The notes under the pieces were generated by a model, which was not told where the DNA came from, made no database searches, and worked only from the letters and a program-made list of their open reading frames with translations. Shown here in pieces: positions 61,125-64,000 of a stretch of 64,000 nt of DNA. Source of the DNA: the human T2T-CHM13v2.0 reference genome, Homo sapiens; assembly GCF_009914755.1 (NCBI RefSeq), contig NC_060944.1; one strand, written 5' to 3'. The position numbers and the translations under genes are program-made. The first letter of the stretch is position 1. Each line of letters begins with the position of its first letter.

Positions 61125-63086
61125 GAATCATGCCATAAGTCCTCCACATTCCCCAAGTACCTGGCTTGTGCCGATCCCTTAGTCCACTTTTCTACCCTCT
61201 TCTCTTCCAGTCCCAATCCAACTGTGCTACAAAGCTCATATCCAGGTCCAACCCCTGAGAAACTTCTCTCGATCCCCTAGTTGGAAAAAATCATTCCCTC
61301 TTCTGACCTCCCATGTCGAGACCATTTATAACATGTTAGAACTCGATTCCTAACAAGGAGGTGCCCGATGATCAAATACACTTTTTTCCAGGGAACTTAA
61401 TTATCCTCATTCTATTCAATGACTGCAGCACCATCCCCACCATCAATGAGCATGAGCAGATTAATTCATTTGACAAATATTTGCCAAGTACCTACAAGGC
61501 ATCGTTCTCCATGAGCACATAGCTGTAAACAAAACACAGCAGCAAAGGACCCTACCCTCTAGGTGAGGCAGGCAATAGAAAAATAAGGAGATAATATGTG
61601 AGTCATGACAAGCATTTTGAAGACAAAATAGTGGAAGGGGATAAGGAGTAATGGGGGTAAAGGAGGTGCTGCTCTTTTATGTAGACCGGTCAAAGAGCAG
61701 AACCTGTAGAAAGTAAGTGAGCATCGTGACCAGCTGGGAGAAGAGCAATGCAGGAAGAAGACGTGGTTAGTGCAAAGGCCCCAGGAAGACTGTGCCTGAT
61801 GTGTTTGAGCAGCAGCGATGAGGCCAGTGTGGCTGGGGCTGAGTGGGTGGGGTGGGAGAGTGTAAGATGATATGGTCAGAGAGGCTGTGGGGGCAAGCCT
61901 TGTAGGACTGTATAAAAACTTAGGCTTTGTAAGAGAGATGGGAAATCACAGGAACATCATGATCTGATTCAAATTGTCACAGGATCCCTCTGGCTGCAGT
62001 GTGGAGAGTGGCCTGTAGGGGACCAAGGGTGGAGACAGAGGGCCAGTGAGTAGGCTACTGCACCAGTCCAGGCAAACACTGAAGACCTGTGTATATGTGT
62101 TGTTCCCTCGGTCTGTCTCAGGTCTGTTGAATAGTAAGAATGCTTTGCTCTGTTGAAGATGATTCCGTTCTTTACATAAGTAATTAAATGTCTTTCCTTT
62201 GCTGTTTCCTGATACCTAAATGCAGTAATATATGCTCATGATAGAAAACTTAGAAAATAAAGAAAAGCATTAAACAATAAAGATTTCCAACTCCTACAAC
62301 TCAAAGAAAACAGATAAATCATCCTACTTTAGAGGACTAAATGTACAGGAACTCATTGATTTGCTCATCAAAAGGTGAAGAGGGAAGAGTAGCAGCCCCA
62401 GGTAGAGCTACCCAGCAGGCGAGGCTGCCCTCAGGAACCACAGCCTTCCCTTTCCTAATGATTTCTACTCTGTGGCACCCACACTTCCCTCCTCAGGGCT
62501 CTGGTGTTATCCTCCTTCTGGGTCTCCATCATATCTGCTCTCAGCAAAAGATCCAGCTCATTCATCCAGCCCCAAGGGACAGGGCTTCACCTCCGGACAA
62601 GGGTGAGATGAATGAGGTCTTGGACACAGAATTTAAGAAGTCAAAAACCTCAGCCATCAAGATAAATCATATTAAAATGCAATGGTTTAAAAAATTAAAA
62701 TTAATTTTAAAAGTCCATGAACAAAATATAAACATTTAAAATAAAGACAGGGTCCAACCTTGCACCTGCACAGTCCTGCCTTGCTCTCTGCACCCTAACC
62801 CAGCCCTGCTCAGCCCAAGAGCTTTGAATCTGAATACAAATCATTCCAGACTTCAAGATCAAGTTAAAGTGTTAATCGTCTACCAGAATGTGATTTCTAG
62901 CTTTAAAAAGAAAACCAAGAAAACAACTTCCACATCAATGCAAAGGTTTTCTCATTTCACCAGGTTTTTGTTTTCCGTCTGTTTACCTGATGGTTTACTA
63001 AAGAGGTGAAGAAGTCTGTGGCTGAATGAACACATTGAATAATTGCAGAGACTTAAATTCTCAAATATTCATAAAAATATTTTACC

Positions 63087-63400
<314 letters not shown>

Positions 63401-63450
63401 TAGACCGCTGTGATGACCATCTTCTTATTGACCCTCCTTTGTCTCTGGAG

Positions 63451-63600
63451 CCCCGCCACCTGCCTTCTACCTGGAGCCTTCCTTCCAGGTCCTTCTTCAA
63501 CATCAGCTCCAGGATCTGCAAGATCTTTGGATATGGCCGCTGCAGAAGGAAGGAGAACCACTTCCTGGAGAAGCAGGAGTGAGCCAGGATCTGCCACACA
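63451..63600 (+). pseudogene. Decayed BPTI/PTI-like Kunitz-domain exon (unprocessed pseudogene)
   Basis: After a pyrimidine tract and AG (63449-63450), phase-1 reading gives (A)PPPAFYLEPSF; after a frameshifting deletion it reads RSFFNISSRICKIFGYGRCRRKENHFLEKQE*ARIC. Compare BPTI [57 protein letters not shown]. Confidence 0.85.
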
Positions 63601-64000
63601 AGAGAGCCGGGAACCCAGGGCATGGGTTAAGGCGAGGAGCAGGTCCGGAGGGAAGATCTGAGGCAAAGAGGTAGAGTTCACAGGTCCTACACCCCTCGCA
63701 CCTACACAGTGTCCCTCCTCTGATGCTGAGGCTCTCTCTGCCTTCCGAGGAGAAAGTGGCGACGTGTCCTGTGAAACCGCAGACTTAACACATCTTCCAA
63801 AAGCCAGCTTGGCAGGAGGTCACTGCTAGAAGCACCTCTGAAATAATCTGAGCCGTCTTACCTGTTCCCCTTTTTCAGATGGGAACACTGAGGCAGCCAC
63901 CCTGCAGAGTGAGTCTGCAGTGCTCCTGAGCCACCCCCCTCCAGGCTTGGCAAACTCACTGCCTTCTTGTCTGTTGCCTTGACTGCAGGGAGGACCAGAG

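Noticed and set aside
63452-63490. Alternative frame PATCLLPGAFL as the Kunitz N-terminus
   Set aside because: It contains a Cys, but the phase-1 frame APPPAFYLEPSF matches BPTI far better in residues and splice phase.

Overview
Human (primate) genomic DNA recognisable as 20q13.12. From left to right: (1) about 21 kb of repeat-dense sequence (old L1, many Alus, MER6, a MER52-type LTR, a full-length THE1 MaLR element) containing an old NDUFB4 processed pseudogene. (2) The CpG-island gene DBNDD2 (+, 3 coding exons, 161 aa), preceded by a human-specific AluYb8. (3) PIGT (+, 12 coding exons, 578 aa), with the mirtron MIR6812 at the end of its last intron. (4) About 20 kb that looks intergenic but holds two dead Kunitz-type protease-inhibitor genes. 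One is a frameshifted signal-peptide exon with intact TATA and STAT5 promoter elements matching the colostrum trypsin inhibitor (CTI/ELP) gene (- strand, ~45.2 kb). The other is a decayed BPTI/aprotinin-like Kunitz exon that has lost its reactive-site loop (+ strand, ~63.5 kb). Between them lies a nested ERV LTR pile, including a MER41B LTR with two intact STAT/GAS sites. Exon coordinates were read directly from GT-AG boundaries and reading-frame continuity. Repeat boundaries and subfamily names are by eye and approximate. Homologous protein sequences are quoted from memory, not from a search.
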